DNA of 64,000 bases from a virus: positions 7,635 to 71,634 of the IMG/VR virus record IMGVR_UViG_3300027739_000009; one strand, given 5' to 3'. A program made the position numbers and the translations under genes. The notes under the pieces are model-generated. The model did not search any database. It had not been told where the DNA came from and was given only the letters and a program-made list of their open reading frames with translations. Positions 63,651 through 64,000 of the stretch are shown in pieces. The stretch's first letter is position 1. Each line of letters opens with the position of its first letter.

Positions 63651-64000
63651 ATGGGAGACAGATGCTACTTTGAAATTACCTGCGCGGACCAGGATGAGAA
63701 ACTGTTGCTGGAGTTTCTGGAGAAGGTAGATATTGATGGGTTGGTGGTAGAGGGGGCCAACTATGCCTTTTACTCGGAGCTAGAGCAGCTTGCACAGCTT
63801 GCACAGCTTCCAGATGTACCACCATTTTACTATGAGCACGGGTCTGGAAGTGAATACGGAGCAGGGTGCGGGGTGATGATGAACATGGGGCATCGCATCA
63901 TGGACAAAGACGGGAATGGGAACGTCGTCGTTCCTGTCACCAAGGATGGAGTTCATGAGAGAAACCTTAAAGAAGCTCAGGCCTACTTCGATCTCCTGGA
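63651..64000 (+). CDS. Second paralogue array, member C (3'-truncated)
   Basis: Open to window end: MGDRCYFEITCADQDEKLL...GNVVVPV...NLKEAQAYFDLL, aligning with A and B. Confidence 0.65.
   Translation, partial: MGDRCYFEITCADQDEKLLLEFLEKVDIDGLVVEGANYAFYSELEQLAQLAQLPDVPPFYYEHGSGSEYGAGCGVMMNMGHRIMDKDGNGNVVVPVTKDGVHERNLKEAQAYFDLL

Overview
A 64 kb segment of a large dsDNA tailed phage with a long non-contractile (sipho-type) tail; the host cannot be determined from the sequence. 1-3.6 kb (+): nucleotide and replication genes (DNA ligase C-terminus, degenerate MazG-like protein, papain-family C1 peptidase, ThyX). 3.7-34.1 kb (-): complete morphogenesis and lysis operon, read right to left: HTH, TerS candidate, GpA-type TerL, portal, S49 protease, scaffold, decoration protein, major capsid protein, head-tail proteins, tail tube, G/GT chaperones with an A-AAA-AAG -1 frameshift, 2007-aa tape measure, several fibres, holin candidates, a secreted DUF1524-type nuclease, lipoproteins and a GH24 endolysin. 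Two antisense RHH or RHH+HNH cassettes interrupt this operon. 34.1-38.5 kb: control region with palindromic repeats (possible packaging site), a strong promoter, TAATTAC-N2-GTAATTA operators, a rod-like RNA hairpin and a putative iteron origin. 38.5-42.5 kb: primase-SF3 helicase, Cro-like HTH and a second HNH. 42.9-49.1 kb: the most striking feature, a translationally coupled tandem array of 22 small paralogues with variable cores and a shared C-terminal 'P-x-[LI]-x-S-[AE]-Q-x-L-[WF]-E-M' helix. 49.4-64 kb (+): a structured RNA leader, metallophosphoesterase, lytic transglycosylase, Nmad5-like protein, a MoxR AAA+ / DUF3150 / DUF2201-VWA triad and the start of a second paralogue array. No tRNA, rRNA, CRISPR array, integrase or reverse transcriptase was recognised. 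All family assignments come from motif recognition by eye, not from database searches.
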